Of a DNA stretch of 64,000 bases, positions 19,101-27,041 are shown piece after piece. The stretch's first letter is position 1. Every line of letters starts with the position of its first letter. The stretch lies in contig CAVSYR010000004.1 in assembly GCA_963732225.1 (NCBI GenBank), positions 82,710 to 146,709 of the forward strand, given 5' to 3'. Under the pieces are notes generated by a model. It saw only the letters and a program-made list of their open reading frames with translations, was not told where the DNA came from and did not search any database. Source of the stretch: an uncultured Solirubrobacterales bacterium. Its GTDB lineage: Bacteria > Actinomycetota > Thermoleophilia > Solirubrobacterales > 70-9. Made by a program: the position numbers and the translations under genes.

Positions 19101-20132
19101 GCGGAGATCGCGGGGGGAGGCGGGGTAGAAGACGCGCAGCTCGGTGCCGCTGGAGTCGTACTCGGCGATTCCCCGGAAGCCACCGAAGAAGTCGACGACG
19201 AAGAGGTGGTCGGCAGAATCGGTGGCGATCGCCGCGAGGTTCGAAGAGGGGTTGAGGGTGTTGAGCAGGGTGCCGCTCGGGCCATACTTGCGGATGGCGC
19301 CGGTCGAGTCGTCGGTGGCGACGTAGGTGTCGCCGAGGGAGTCGACGGCGATCCCGCTTGGCGAGCCACGGTTGCCGAGGCTCTCTTCGAACTGGCCAAT
19401 CAGAGCGCCGGCGGGGGTGAACTTCTGGACCCGGTTTTCGGTGATCTCGGACGTGTCGTAGCCGACGAGGTGGCTGTCGGCCACGTAGACGACACCGGCG
19501 GGACCGATCGCGAGTCGCGAGTGTTCGTCGAACTGCCCGGCGGCGAAGCCTCGGCTGCCCGCCCGGCAAACGTCGCTGGGCGGCCCGGTACCGGTGCAGA
19601 CGTTCGGGTTGCCCGAGGTCCCGGTGTTGACTCCCTTGCCGAAGGCGAGCAGGAAGGCGCCGGCGGGGGTGAACTTCTGCACCCGGCTATTGGCTTCTTC
19701 GAGGATGTAGACATCGTGGAAGGAGGGGCTGGCGGGGTCGTTGTCGACGGCGACATCCTGGGGTTCCTTCAGCTGGCCGGCGCCGGCGCCCGGAAGGCCC
19801 TGGAAGCAGGTCGCGGTGCAGGTCTGCAGGGCGGCGGTGGTGCCGTCAGCGACGCCCCAGCCGAAGGCGCGCAGGAAGGTGCCGTCGGCGGCGAAGACGT
19901 CGACCCTGTTATTGGCGGTGTCGGCGACGTAGAGGCTGCCGTCGGAGCGATCGACGGCGATCGCGTGGGGTTCATGGGTCTGGCCAGCGCCGGCGCCGGG
20001 GGTGGTGGGAAAGAGGAGGTCGGCGTGGGCGCGCGGCGCAGTGGCGAGCAGGGCGAGCGCGGCGAGCGCGAGGAGGACCCAGCGGGAGCGGGCGTGACCG
20101 GCGCGCGTGGGTACGTCCATCCTCTGTGTCAC
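16101..20132 (-). CDS. Giant secreted NHL-repeat / Fn3-like / beta-propeller protein (1343 aa) with a Cys/basic C-terminal tail (cassette copy 2)
   Basis: Uninterrupted 4-kb ORF. GTG start is preceded by GAGGAGAG. Signal peptide RWVLLALAALALLATAPRAHA. NHL-type repeats (SLYVADTANNRVDVFAADGTFLRAFG; VYILEEANSRVQKFTPAGAFLLAFG; ENRVQKFTPAGALIGQF). Fn3-like modules (NPEGKATVYRFQYV...; TTYHYRL). PD40-like strings (STDGSRVYW, STDGRRLFFES, DVYEW). Tail is CEGEACQGVP...SCPKGKVRRKSRCVAKRHRRAAHNRHRRANDKRRAAR. Confidence 0.9.
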   Translation of the reverse strand: MTQRMDVPTRAGHARSRWVLLALAALALLATAPRAHADLLFPTTPGAGAGQTHEPHAIAVDRSDGSLYVADTANNRVDVFAADGTFLRAFGWGVADGTTAALQTCTATCFQGLPGAGAGQLKEPQDVAVDNDPASPSFHDVYILEEANSRVQKFTPAGAFLLAFGKGVNTGTSGNPNVCTGTGPPSDVCRAGSRGFAAGQFDEHSRLAIGPAGVVYVADSHLVGYDTSEITENRVQKFTPAGALIGQFEESLGNRGSPSGIAVDSLGDTYVATDDSTGAIRKYGPSGTLLNTLNPSSNLAAIATDSADHLFVVDFFGGFRGIAEYDSSGTELRVFYPASPRDLRRSLAPYSDPGGDVFALESYESTDGSKLGSILHIPIPPPGPLVLGYPGITKATALGNTKATVNTQVNPEGKATVYRFQYVDAADFEHNGEGFSSPATRETTGAAAGSDFETHALSNLIGCPLPATELKEPGNECLAPETAYHYRAIAEDSEGHISTGPEGAPFTTKAPLEIDATFATAVNTDSATLHAEVNPLTIPATGYFQYVDDATYQADLQASGPGHGFDHAGDIPAPAEPIDFGSGEAPSAAAAQLSSLSPGTTYHYRLLASDPFVTKFSSEHTISTYSPPAEAFTACPNQALRTAASAALPDCRAYEMVSPVQKGGGDIISVLSDSTGLEQAAADGQSLTYSSYRAFADPESAPFTAQYLAHRAAAGWQSESISTPREGPTFYNVHYAVEDQYRRFSSDLCSALVLTETEPLLAPKALPGYPNIYRRDNCGPDAGSYEAITTAVPKKVDPEWFFPIPQDLTPDGTHAVFYANGALTPDAVPCTKVEQGQEGCTRQLYLSNGGKLRLLCILPDGTPSVSKCWEGVTQGTQSASQRADTVYHALSTDGSRVYWTEGPTEGANGSGSGILYVRVNAGQGQSKVLAGKCTEAARACTLAVSAAAHFRTAAPDGSTAIYTASEGAGTEALYEFDLARALAGEAGASTLIAPKALNLLGASEDTTRVYFLSTEALTGENAEHRSPVAGRPNLYLHQAGPGGGLAFIATTAPDDLINYQSPSHLSARVSPGGADLAFASRAQLTEYDNHDAASGQPDTELYLYDAGEAKLRCLSCNPNGARPMGQNFCSSKACSVTDWTAATIPGWLNGTHPTSVLSTDGRRLFFESADPLILRDTNGALDVYEWQRAAGAAQCHEKGADLYSPAAAGCLSLISSGRSPADSTFVDASTDGSDVFFKTQSSLLPQDDGLIDIYDARIDGGFPPEPSPPAACEGEACQGVPAPPNDPTPASASFEGAGNVLEGPRTSCPKGKVRRKSRCVAKRHRRAAHNRHRRANDKRRAAR

Positions 20133-20200
20133 TCGATCGCTCTCCTCGGTTCGATGCAGATGTGGAACGGCTAGTGGGATCGTCTGCTCGGCAGCCGGTT

Positions 20201-20229
20201 GAACCTGGGCGCCATTGCCGCCCAGGTTC
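20201..20229 (-). terminator. Intercistronic stem-loop between the collagen-like gene and the giant gene (possible attenuator), copy 2
   Basis: GAACCTGGGCG (20201-20211), loop CCATTGC, then CGCCCAGGTTC (20219-20229): a perfect 11-bp stem inside the 118-nt spacer. No U-tract. Confidence 0.4.
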
Positions 20230-20250
20230 AGTCCGGTCCGGCGGTGAGGT

Positions 20251-21048
20251 CTAACCGGTCACCGCCCAGGTGCCCTTGAGAGTCGCTTCCGGGAGGGCGA
20301 GGATGTAGAGGACCGCGCCGGCGGTGGAGGCACCGGCGTCATTGGCGGCCGTTCCGGCCTTGAAAACACTGTTGACTTCGCCCCCTGCTCCCCCCCCGCT
20401 GATCGCGGCGGCATAGATGCAGAGGTGGCCGGATTTGGCTTTCGGATTCGTCGACTTGCCGGGACAGTCGGATCCCGCAGCGCCTTCGTAGTCGACCGGG
20501 TTGACGTGGACATTGGCCGCGGGAATGTCCGCCGCCAGCGCAATCGGGAAGGAGATCGGCAGGTAGAATTCAAAAGCGGGTGCTTCCACGGCCGGTCCGA
20601 GCGCCCAGGCCCCGGTCTCGGTCGAACCCGAGGGAAGGGTGCCCCCGGCGGCCCAAGGCGAGCCGGCTTCGCCGTTGCAGACTTCGACGCCGGAGCCGGC
20701 GTCTTCGACCTTGACTTCGGCGCCGCCACGCTGTTCGCATTCGGGTTCGCCGGTTTCGATTTCTTCCACCGCGACCGATTTGCCGTCGGCGCCGTCGTCA
20801 CCCTTTTGACCGGGCAGGCCCTGGGCTCCGTCCTTGCCGTTGGTACCGTTCGTGCCGTTGGTGCCAGCGGCGCCGGGCGCACCGGGCTTGCCGGCAAAGC
20901 TCTTGGCGATCGCCTTGACTTCCTTCTTCTGGGTGCCGTTGAGCTTCGCACCGGCAGCAAAGGCAGTCCCTCCCAGCGCTGCAATCAGTGCGATCACCCC
21001 CAGGACGACACCTGCGGTACCAAAGCGCTCGTGGAATCGTTTGTACAT
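20251..21048 (-). CDS. Membrane-anchored collagen-like (Gly-X-Y) protein with a globular C-terminal domain (cassette copy 2, intact)
   Basis: GAGGAG lies 8 nt upstream of the ATG. N-terminal anchor FGTAGVVLGVIALIAALGGTAFAAG. Gly-X-Y run GKPGAPGAAGTNGTNGTNGKDGAQGLPGQKGDDGADG. The ~170-aa non-collagen C-terminal domain ends GTWAVTG*. The overall layout resembles BclA-type collagen-like surface proteins (architecture only). Confidence 0.9.
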   Translation of the reverse strand: MYKRFHERFGTAGVVLGVIALIAALGGTAFAAGAKLNGTQKKEVKAIAKSFAGKPGAPGAAGTNGTNGTNGKDGAQGLPGQKGDDGADGKSVAVEEIETGEPECEQRGGAEVKVEDAGSGVEVCNGEAGSPWAAGGTLPSGSTETGAWALGPAVEAPAFEFYLPISFPIALAADIPAANVHVNPVDYEGAAGSDCPGKSTNPKAKSGHLCIYAAAISGGGAGGEVNSVFKAGTAANDAGASTAGAVLYILALPEATLKGTWAVTG

Positions 21049-23030
21049 CAGTAGCTCACTCCTCGTGGGTTGAGTTGCGTTTTCCCCTCTCCCACGGGGA
21101 GAGGTGTTCCTGCGATACCAATCCGCTCGCCTTGCCCCGCTCGCAAGGAGAAGGGGTCGAGCGCCTGGGTGAGACGAAGGTCTGAACTACTGGGCAAATG
21201 GGGCCCTAGCGGGGACGAAAGCGGCGGGGCGGGGGGACACGGGGAGAGCGCCACCAGCACGGCAGCCGGTGGACCGAGATGATTCGGATCGGTGGGCGCC
21301 CGAGGTCCCGTTGCCATAGGCTCGGGGTCGGTCTCGATTCTGATCTGATTGGCCGAGCGGTCGGCCGCGCTGCGGTGCCTCACTTGTGACTCCTGTCGAT
21401 GGTGGACGGTGCTTGGCGCTCGTGGTCTCCGCCGTTGCGGAGAAGTGACGTCCGAGGCGCCCCTGCAACCCTTCTCCAACCCTGGTCGCGTCAGAAGTTC
21501 GGCGAGGCCGTGGCCAGTTGTGATCATGTGCTGGGTACCGGCTCTCTGCCGGCATCGTGGGTCTAGTCGATGGCTTTGGCTTTCCTCGTGTGTAGTTGTG
21601 CGTCTTCCCCCTCTCGCCCGGCGATGGCGTCACGTGGGGCGGTCGGCCGAAGATCTGAAGTCGGAAGCGGGGGGCGAGAATGGGGCGCTGGATTCTTAGG
21701 TGCGTTGGCTGCCGTTGTTGCCGTGGATGCCGGTGTTGCCTTTGGCACCATTGCCTCTCCAGGAGAGGGTGCTGCTTGTAGTTGCGTCTTCCCCTTCTCA
21801 GCGCGCGATGCGCTCGAGAAGGCCGTAGGTCGAAGGTCTGAGGGCGACTGAGCGGCGCCCAGCGGGGGCAACCCCGACGTCAAGTTGACGGTCCTGCCCG
21901 CCGGCATGGACGCCGACGACGCGAAGCGCCTGGCGGCCTTGCCGTCGAGCGGGGCAAGTGGATGGGTGAGGTCCTCGCGAACTGGTCCGCAACGCTGAGG
22001 GTGCCCGCTATCCTCTCCCCCGCGCACCGCTGGCGGCGGCGGGCACACTGCGCGCCACGGCGTCCTCGGTCGACCGTGTAGCGCTGCTACTACGGTCTCC
22101 CTGCGTCCTTGCGGCGCTTGGCCCGGCGCTCGCCAGCGGCACACGCGGGCTCGGGTCGAGGGCACTAACTGCAACTGCAAGATTTGGATTAGGGTGCAGC
22201 GACGGGGTGTGGACGGTGGCCCCCGGGGCGGTGTCGGAGCTCGGGGCGCCAGCTGCCACTGCGGCGGTTAGGTAGACCGACCCGGGGGGGCGAGAATCGC
22301 TCGCCGAACCCTTAGACGTGTTGGCTGCCGGTGATGCCGTGAATGTCGTGGTTGCCGTTGGGCCCAACTCCTGCCTTCTCGTCCTGAGAAGCGGTCGGCG
22401 TCGATTCGAAGGTCTGAGGCCAGGGCCGCGGAGCGAGCGACAGAGAGCGCTGCAGCCCCTAGCCGCAGCAGGCCCTCGCGATGGGCTGAGGGGTCTTGGG
22501 CGACCTGCTCTTGGCCGGATTGCCCGATCTGGTCGAGGCGAAGCTGGCTGCCGCCGGCGCCTACCCGCAGCAGCAGCGCGGCGCTCGGGTCGAGGTCGGG
22601 ATCAGCGGCGAACTCGGCGGGGGGCGAGAATCGTCAGCTGCGCCCTTGGACAGTTGTGATGAGAAGGCTTCAACACCAACACCCTCGAGGGCGCCGGCGA
22701 GTTCAGCTCCCCCCCACTCCGCCGCGCCAAAGACAGCGGCGGGCCCGGGAAGTCGAAGGGAGCCAACGGCGGGTGTCCGATCGGCACGCCAAGGCGAAGC
22801 GAAGCCGGTGCGGCTTTGGCCTGCTGCCCTTTCACTGCGATCGGTCCTCCCTGGTCCTGGCCGCTTCGCCGCTGTCCCGATTCGCACCAGTTGCGAATCC
22901 CCTGACCGCGGCGGGTTGGCCGTTTTCATCTCCTCAGTCCGGGGAGCCGATCCGCGTTGCCCTTCCGGGGCGCTGCGGTTGTCCTCCCTGGACCGGATTT
23001 AATGAGAACAGATACCTACCAGAATGTCAA
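21049..23030 (-). promoter_or_regulatory. Expanded ~2-kb leader of cassette copy 2: shared upstream block plus tandem degenerate leader units
   Basis: Core 22829-23030 matches 7291-7491, including TTGACA at 23030-23025. The minus-strand motif CAGACCTTCG recurs at 21175-21184, 21831-21840 and 22407-22416, and at 7021-7030 in copy 1. GATTCTCGCCCCCC-type motifs recur at about 21675-21690, 22280-22295 and 22620-22635. Track ORFs in this region are Pro/Arg/Ala-rich and unconvincing. Confidence 0.45.
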
Positions 23031-23196
23031 GAGCAAGTTGCGAGGACGGCTGGGCGATGGCGGGAATATTCGGCTTACAGACGGGGTTTGCGGATTGAAT
23101 GGATCTTGGTCAAGAAAGGTCTGGCACGTACCGCAGAGGGCCTGACCGCATACGAAGGGCAACGCACCCGGCTGCCGGGGCACCGGGTTTGACGAT

Positions 23197-23268
23197 GTCG
23201 GCGAGAGACGCAAGGGACGCACCGCAGTCACCCGCCAGGGCCGCTGCAGGCCGAGGCCGAGCGCAGCG
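23197..23268. repeat. Direct repeat R1 flanking the vapBC module
   Basis: About 67 of 73 positions match R2 at 24152-24225 (GTCGGCGAGAGACGCAA.GG..CGC.CCGCAGTCACCCGCCAGGGC.GC.GCAGGCCGAGGCCGAGCGCAGCG). The 15-mer GTCGGCGAGAGACGC occurs a third time at 24331-24345. Confidence 0.8.
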
Positions 23269-23444
23269 CAGGCCCCGAGGCAGGCGACCCTTAGCTTGCG
23301 CTCTCCACTTTCCCCACCGCAATGGCGCTGCGCGCGAGGCGCCTCCGGCGGCGGGGGCGAGGATCGGCCGCCCGGGTAATTGGAGAGGGAGTGATCCGAC
23401 TCCGACTCGACTCTCGCGCCACGAATGGCGCCGGCGCCCTTCGG

Positions 23445-23837
23445 TTAGATCGCAAAAACCTCGAGGCCCGGCACCCGTTCGAACTCGGCAGCGTTGGCGG
23501 TGGCGAGCGCCAATCCCGTCGCCAGCGCGGTGGCCGCGATCCAGAGGTCGTGGGCGCCGATCACCCTGCCTTCGACCTCGAGGGCGGCCCAGATGCGAGC
23601 GTGGGTGCGGGCGACGGCGGCGGTTATCGGCAGCGCCTCAATCGCGCCGAGCAGGTGCTCGACGAAGGCCTGGCGACGGATGCGGACCGACTCCGGCGCC
23701 GCGCGGTGGACACCGTGCAGGAGCTCGGAGACTGTGATCGCGCTGATCGCCCGCTGCTGCTCGCCGATCAGGCGCTCGAGCCCCGGCCCGCGGCGCTCGG
23801 CGTTGACCAGGACCGAGGTATCGATCAGGACGGCCAC
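23445..23837 (-). CDS. vapC: PIN-domain ribonuclease toxin VapC
   Basis: GTG at 23837. The protein reads VAVLIDTSVLVNAERRG...ISAITVSELLHGV...HLLGAIEALPITAAVARTHARIWAALEVEGRVIGAHDLWIAATALATGLALATANAAEFERVPGLEV. This shows the typical PIN acidic residues and VapC layout. It overlaps the upstream antitoxin by 13 nt. Confidence 0.85.
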   Translation of the reverse strand: MAVLIDTSVLVNAERRGPGLERLIGEQQRAISAITVSELLHGVHRAAPESVRIRRQAFVEHLLGAIEALPITAAVARTHARIWAALEVEGRVIGAHDLWIAATALATGLALATANAAEFERVPGLEVFAI

Positions 23838-24085
23838 GCGCCGTCCGGGGCCGGGATCCCGCGGCGAGCGCTTTCCAGCTCGCGCTCGAAGTCCTCGTCG
23901 ACCGCCGGCGCGCTCGCCATCAACTCCCCCCAACGCGAAGCGCTGAGCAGGGCGCCGGGGCGAGCGGGCCGCAGCTCGGCGACCGCCACCCCGTTGCGGA
24001 CCACCTCCACCTCCTCGCCGCGGCCGACCCTGTTGAGCACGGCGGAGAAGCTGCGCGAGACCTCGGTGGCGGAGAGGCGGACCAT
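23825..24085 (-). CDS. vapB: Type II antitoxin (Phd/YefM-like) paired with VapC
   Basis: MVRLSATEVSRSFSAVLNRVGRGEEVEVVRNGVAVAELRPA... is a typical prevent-host-death-type N-terminus. It sits immediately upstream of, and overlapping, the PIN gene. ATG at 24085 is preferred over the track's TTG at 24091. Confidence 0.75.
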   Translation of the reverse strand: MVRLSATEVSRSFSAVLNRVGRGEEVEVVRNGVAVAELRPARPGALLSASRWGELMASAPAVDEDFERELESARRGIPAPDGAWPS

Positions 24086-24096
24086 GCGCAAAGGAT

Positions 24097-24112
24097 ATCA
24101 GATAAATCTGAT
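24097..24112. promoter_or_regulatory. AT-rich palindrome just upstream of vapB (candidate antitoxin operator)
   Basis: ATCAGAT-AA-ATCTGAT is a 7-bp inverted repeat in an otherwise GC-rich context, 12 nt upstream of the vapB ATG. Confidence 0.4.
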
Positions 24113-24151
24113 TTCGCCGAGGGTGAGCAGGGCACCCCCGTCCCTCGCAAC

Positions 24152-24225
24152 GTCGGCGAGAGACGCAATGGGGCCGCGCCGCAGTCACCCGCCAGGGCGG
24201 CCGCAGGCCGAGGCCGAGCGCAGCG
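24152..24225. repeat. Direct repeat R2 flanking the vapBC module
   Basis: See R1 (23197-23268). Confidence 0.8.
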
Positions 24226-24943
24226 AGCGCCTTGACGGCGGCGCGGCCGAGAATGTCGGGCGGTCCGCAGTGGCGGGCGCAGCCCGGCCTGCGGACCTAC
24301 CCGCAGCCATAGGCGACGGCGCTGCGCGGCGTCGGCGAGAGACGCTGCGGCCGGCCTGGCGGCGCCAGGGCGCTTCGGAGCCCTCCGAGCGCTCAGCTGA
24401 AGAGGGCAGCGCAGATCAGCCAGGCCGAGCGCGGCGCAGGCCGCGACGCAGCCGAGCCCGATCGCCGCGCCGATCAGGCTGAGGCGCCGGCGCTCGGAGC
24501 GGCTCATCGAGCTCTCGGCGACGCGGCAGCGCCGCGCGGTCGTAGGTCGGGCACCACAGATGCCCTGATGCTGTGCTCGGTCTCGCCCATCGGTACCCCT
24601 CCTCCCCACCGGCCTCCCAGTCGGTGGTCTTGGAAACCTGCTTGTTCCTTTGGAACCCCGGCGCGTCCCTAGATCGGGAAAGGCGTTCCCAGGGCTGGCG
24701 ACTATCAGAACCGCAACGCTCCCTAAAGTCAAGGGCAGTCTGGGAAGCGCCGGCGATGCGGCCCGCTTGCCAAAGGCTCTAACATGCCCAGTGGGGCGCC
24801 TCTACCAAGGAGGCCACAGGGATGAATAAAGGAAACGGGACGGATCGTAGGGATTCGGCTCTGCAATGGGGCTGAAAGCACAATGCGTACCGGGTTATGG
24901 TGGTCGCGCATGGGCGGGCGAAGCGGCGGCGCGAAGAACGGCA

Positions 24944-24961
24944 AGGGTGTGCGCACACCCT
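24944..24961. promoter_or_regulatory. Perfect 18-bp palindrome upstream of the TetR gene (candidate operator)
   Basis: AGGGTGTGC/GCACACCCT lies 27 nt upstream of the ATG at 24988. Confidence 0.5.
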
Positions 24962-24987
24962 GGGGAAACGCGGCCGAGTTGCGCTCG

Positions 24988-26246
24988 ATGAAAATGTCGC
25001 CGGGGCGCGGCAACGCGCCCGAGGAGTCCGATCGCAGCCAGCGCGAGCGGCTCTTCGGGGCGATCGTCGCGCTCAGCGCCGAGCAGGGCTATGAGGCGAC
25101 CAAGATCGCCGACCTGGTCGCGCTGGCGGGCGTTTCGCGGGCCGCCTTCTACGAGCACTTCCGCGACAAGCAGGAGTGCCTGCTGGCCGCCGTCGACGCC
25201 CTGGTCGAGCCGACGATCGCGCTGATCGAAGCGCGCCGAGGACGCGCCGAGCGGCGAGGCGCGGGTGCGCCAGGCGGTCGAAGCCTTCCTCGGCCTGGTC
25301 GCCCGCCAGCCGGCGGCCTCGAAAGTGGTCTTCGTCGAGGTCTACGCGGCCGGGCGCGAGGGCGAGGCCGAGGTCGAGCGCATCCTCGACACCTTCGAGC
25401 GCTTCGGGGTCGCCCAGCTCAACGAGATCAAGGGCCGCAAGGGCACGCCGCCGCAGATGGTGCGGGCGATGCTCGGCGGCTTTCAGAAGGTGATCCAGAA
25501 GCGCCTCTACTCGCGACGAAGCCGAGCAGCTGCCGCGCCTGGCCGAGGACATCGCCACCTGGGGGCTCTCCTACCCGGCGCCGCCCGGCCCGCTCGAGGC
25601 GCCCAAGCGGCGCGGGCGCAAGGCGAAGTCCTTCGCCGAGCGCCAGGCCGTCGCCCACCCGCCCGAGCGGGTGCTGCGGGCGCTGGCGGCGATCGTCGCC
25701 GAGAAGGGCTACGCGGCGACCACGGGTGGCCGAGGTGGTCGAGCGCGCCGGAACCTCGCAGCGGGTCTTCTACGGGCACTTCGAGAACAAGGAAGACGCC
25801 TTCCTCGCCGCCCTCGACTCGGGCTCAGCGCAGATGCTCGGCACCGTCCTGCCCGCCTTCCGGCGCGCCAAGAGCTGGCAGGAGTCGGTGCGCGCCGCCT
25901 ACGAGGCGATGTTCAGCTTCGGCATCGAAGAGCCCGAGTACACGACGCTCGGCGCGGTCGAGATGTACACGGTCGGCCGCCGGGCGCTGGCGACCCGCGA
26001 CAGCGTCATGGAAGGCCTCGAGGCGCTCCTGGTGCCCGGCTACGAGCTGAAACCCGACACGCCGCCGATCGCCGCCGAGGCGATCGGCGGCGCGATCTAC
26101 GCGCTGATCCACGACCAGGTCAAGACGCAAGGGCCCGAGAGTCGATGCCGGAGCTCGCGCCGATGGCGACCTACATGACCCTGGCGCCGTTCGTCGGCGC
26201 CGAGGAGGCCTACGAGCGGGCGATCGAGGAGAGCGACAAATGGTGA
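24988..26246 (+). pseudogene. Double-HTH (tandem) TetR/AcrR-family regulator needing about four frame corrections
   Basis: It carries two TetR N-terminal HTH regions: RERLFGAIVALSAEQGYEATKIADLVALAGVSRAAFYEHFRDKQECLLAAVDAL and ERVLRALAAIVAEKGYAATTVAEVVERAGTSQRVFYGHFENKEDAFLAALDSG. Sensible sequence switches frame near 25228, 25515, 25724 and 26140 across ORFs 24883-26178, 25265-26050 and 25671-26246. Confidence 0.8.
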
Positions 26247-26267
26247 CACCAAATGGTGTCACCATTT
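26238..26267 (+). terminator. Perfect 13-bp inverted repeat overlapping the TetR stop codon (terminator or protein-binding palindrome)
   Basis: AAATGGTGACACC, loop AAAT, then GGTGTCACCATTT, followed by AAATAG. It lies exactly where G+C drops. Confidence 0.5.
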
Positions 26268-26517
26268 AAATAGTAACACCTAGGGTGCGAGATTTTCTTC
26301 TTAGCAGGGAGGATTCTTACAGTGGGGTTTGGAGTTTCATACAGCGGCTGGGGGTCGCGAAGGCGCCTGAGCTGAGCGGCTCTGCCGGGGGCGGCGCCCC
26401 GGCAGAGCCGGCGCATTCCTGCCATAGCCACAAGCGCTCAAGCTTTTGAGCCGTCATGCGGATCTTGCGCTGATCGTCTCCGCACCAACAAAGATCACCG
26501 TAGATCTCGGCCATCGC

Positions 26518-27030
26518 TCAGCAGTGGAGCGGCCAGAGCGCCTTCCGGAGATCCGCGCCCTCAGTAAAGATCAGACCGGCAGGCGAGAACATGCGCCCCT
26601 GCGACTGGAAAGAGGCGATCCTCCACTTCCCGCCGACCTTGACGAAGGATGCCTTGCCGCTCTTCTTCGAACTTTTGCTCGACGCTCGAATGACGAGTGA
26701 GCCCGCATTGCCCTTGACCTTCACCTTCGTAACCAGTTCAGCAGAGTCTCGCCAACTTGACTGATTGCCAGGAGAGGCAGGGCAATACAGGATTTCGTTA
26801 TAGGTCGGTAGCTGGTCGCAAGGGACTCCACCCACATTTTCTTCCACTTGCAGTCGGCAAGCCTTCGGGGCGTTGCCATTATTTGTGAAGAGAGCCCAGG
26901 ACACTCCGACACGCTTAAGCGCGGCTACTCGGCCATTCGCCGGAGTGGCGGAAGTCGCCCCCGCCCCGGTAGCACCCGCCAGGGAGAGCAATAGCAGCGC
27001 TCCGAATGTCGAAAGTGTCCTGAGTCTCAT
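26518..27030 (-). CDS. Secreted hypothetical protein (170 aa)
   Basis: Intact ORF. Signal peptide LSTFGALLLLSLAGATGAGA. Codon usage is lower in G+C than the flanks. Confidence 0.7.
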   Translation of the reverse strand: MRLRTLSTFGALLLLSLAGATGAGATSATPANGRVAALKRVGVSWALFTNNGNAPKACRLQVEENVGGVPCDQLPTYNEILYCPASPGNQSSWRDSAELVTKVKVKGNAGSLVIRASSKSSKKSGKASFVKVGGKWRIASFQSQGRMFSPAGLIFTEGADLRKALWPLHC

Positions 27031-27041
27031 CGTTTAGCCTC

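Noticed and set aside
16845-20174. Long plus-strand ORFs antisense to the giant genes: 16845-18347, 18432-20174, 4605-5993 and 1734-2663.
   Set aside because: Their composition is Gly/Ala/Arg/Val-rich and low in complexity, as expected for antisense frames of high-G+C genes. They fully overlap convincing minus-strand proteins.
21048-22367. Track ORFs inside the copy-2 leader: 21048-21527, 21187-21633, 21563-22180 and 22008-22367.
   Set aside because: They are Pro/Arg/Ala/Ser-rich and overlap one another in different frames. They have no RBS and no counterpart in copy 1.
23920-24732. A 270-aa minus-strand ORF running through vapB and both repeats.
   Set aside because: It overlaps the convincing vapB frame and is Arg/Pro/Ala-rich. 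Only its start (MSRSERRRLSLIGAAIGLGCVAACAALGLA, from about 24504) looks like a possible small membrane peptide, and that is unverifiable here.
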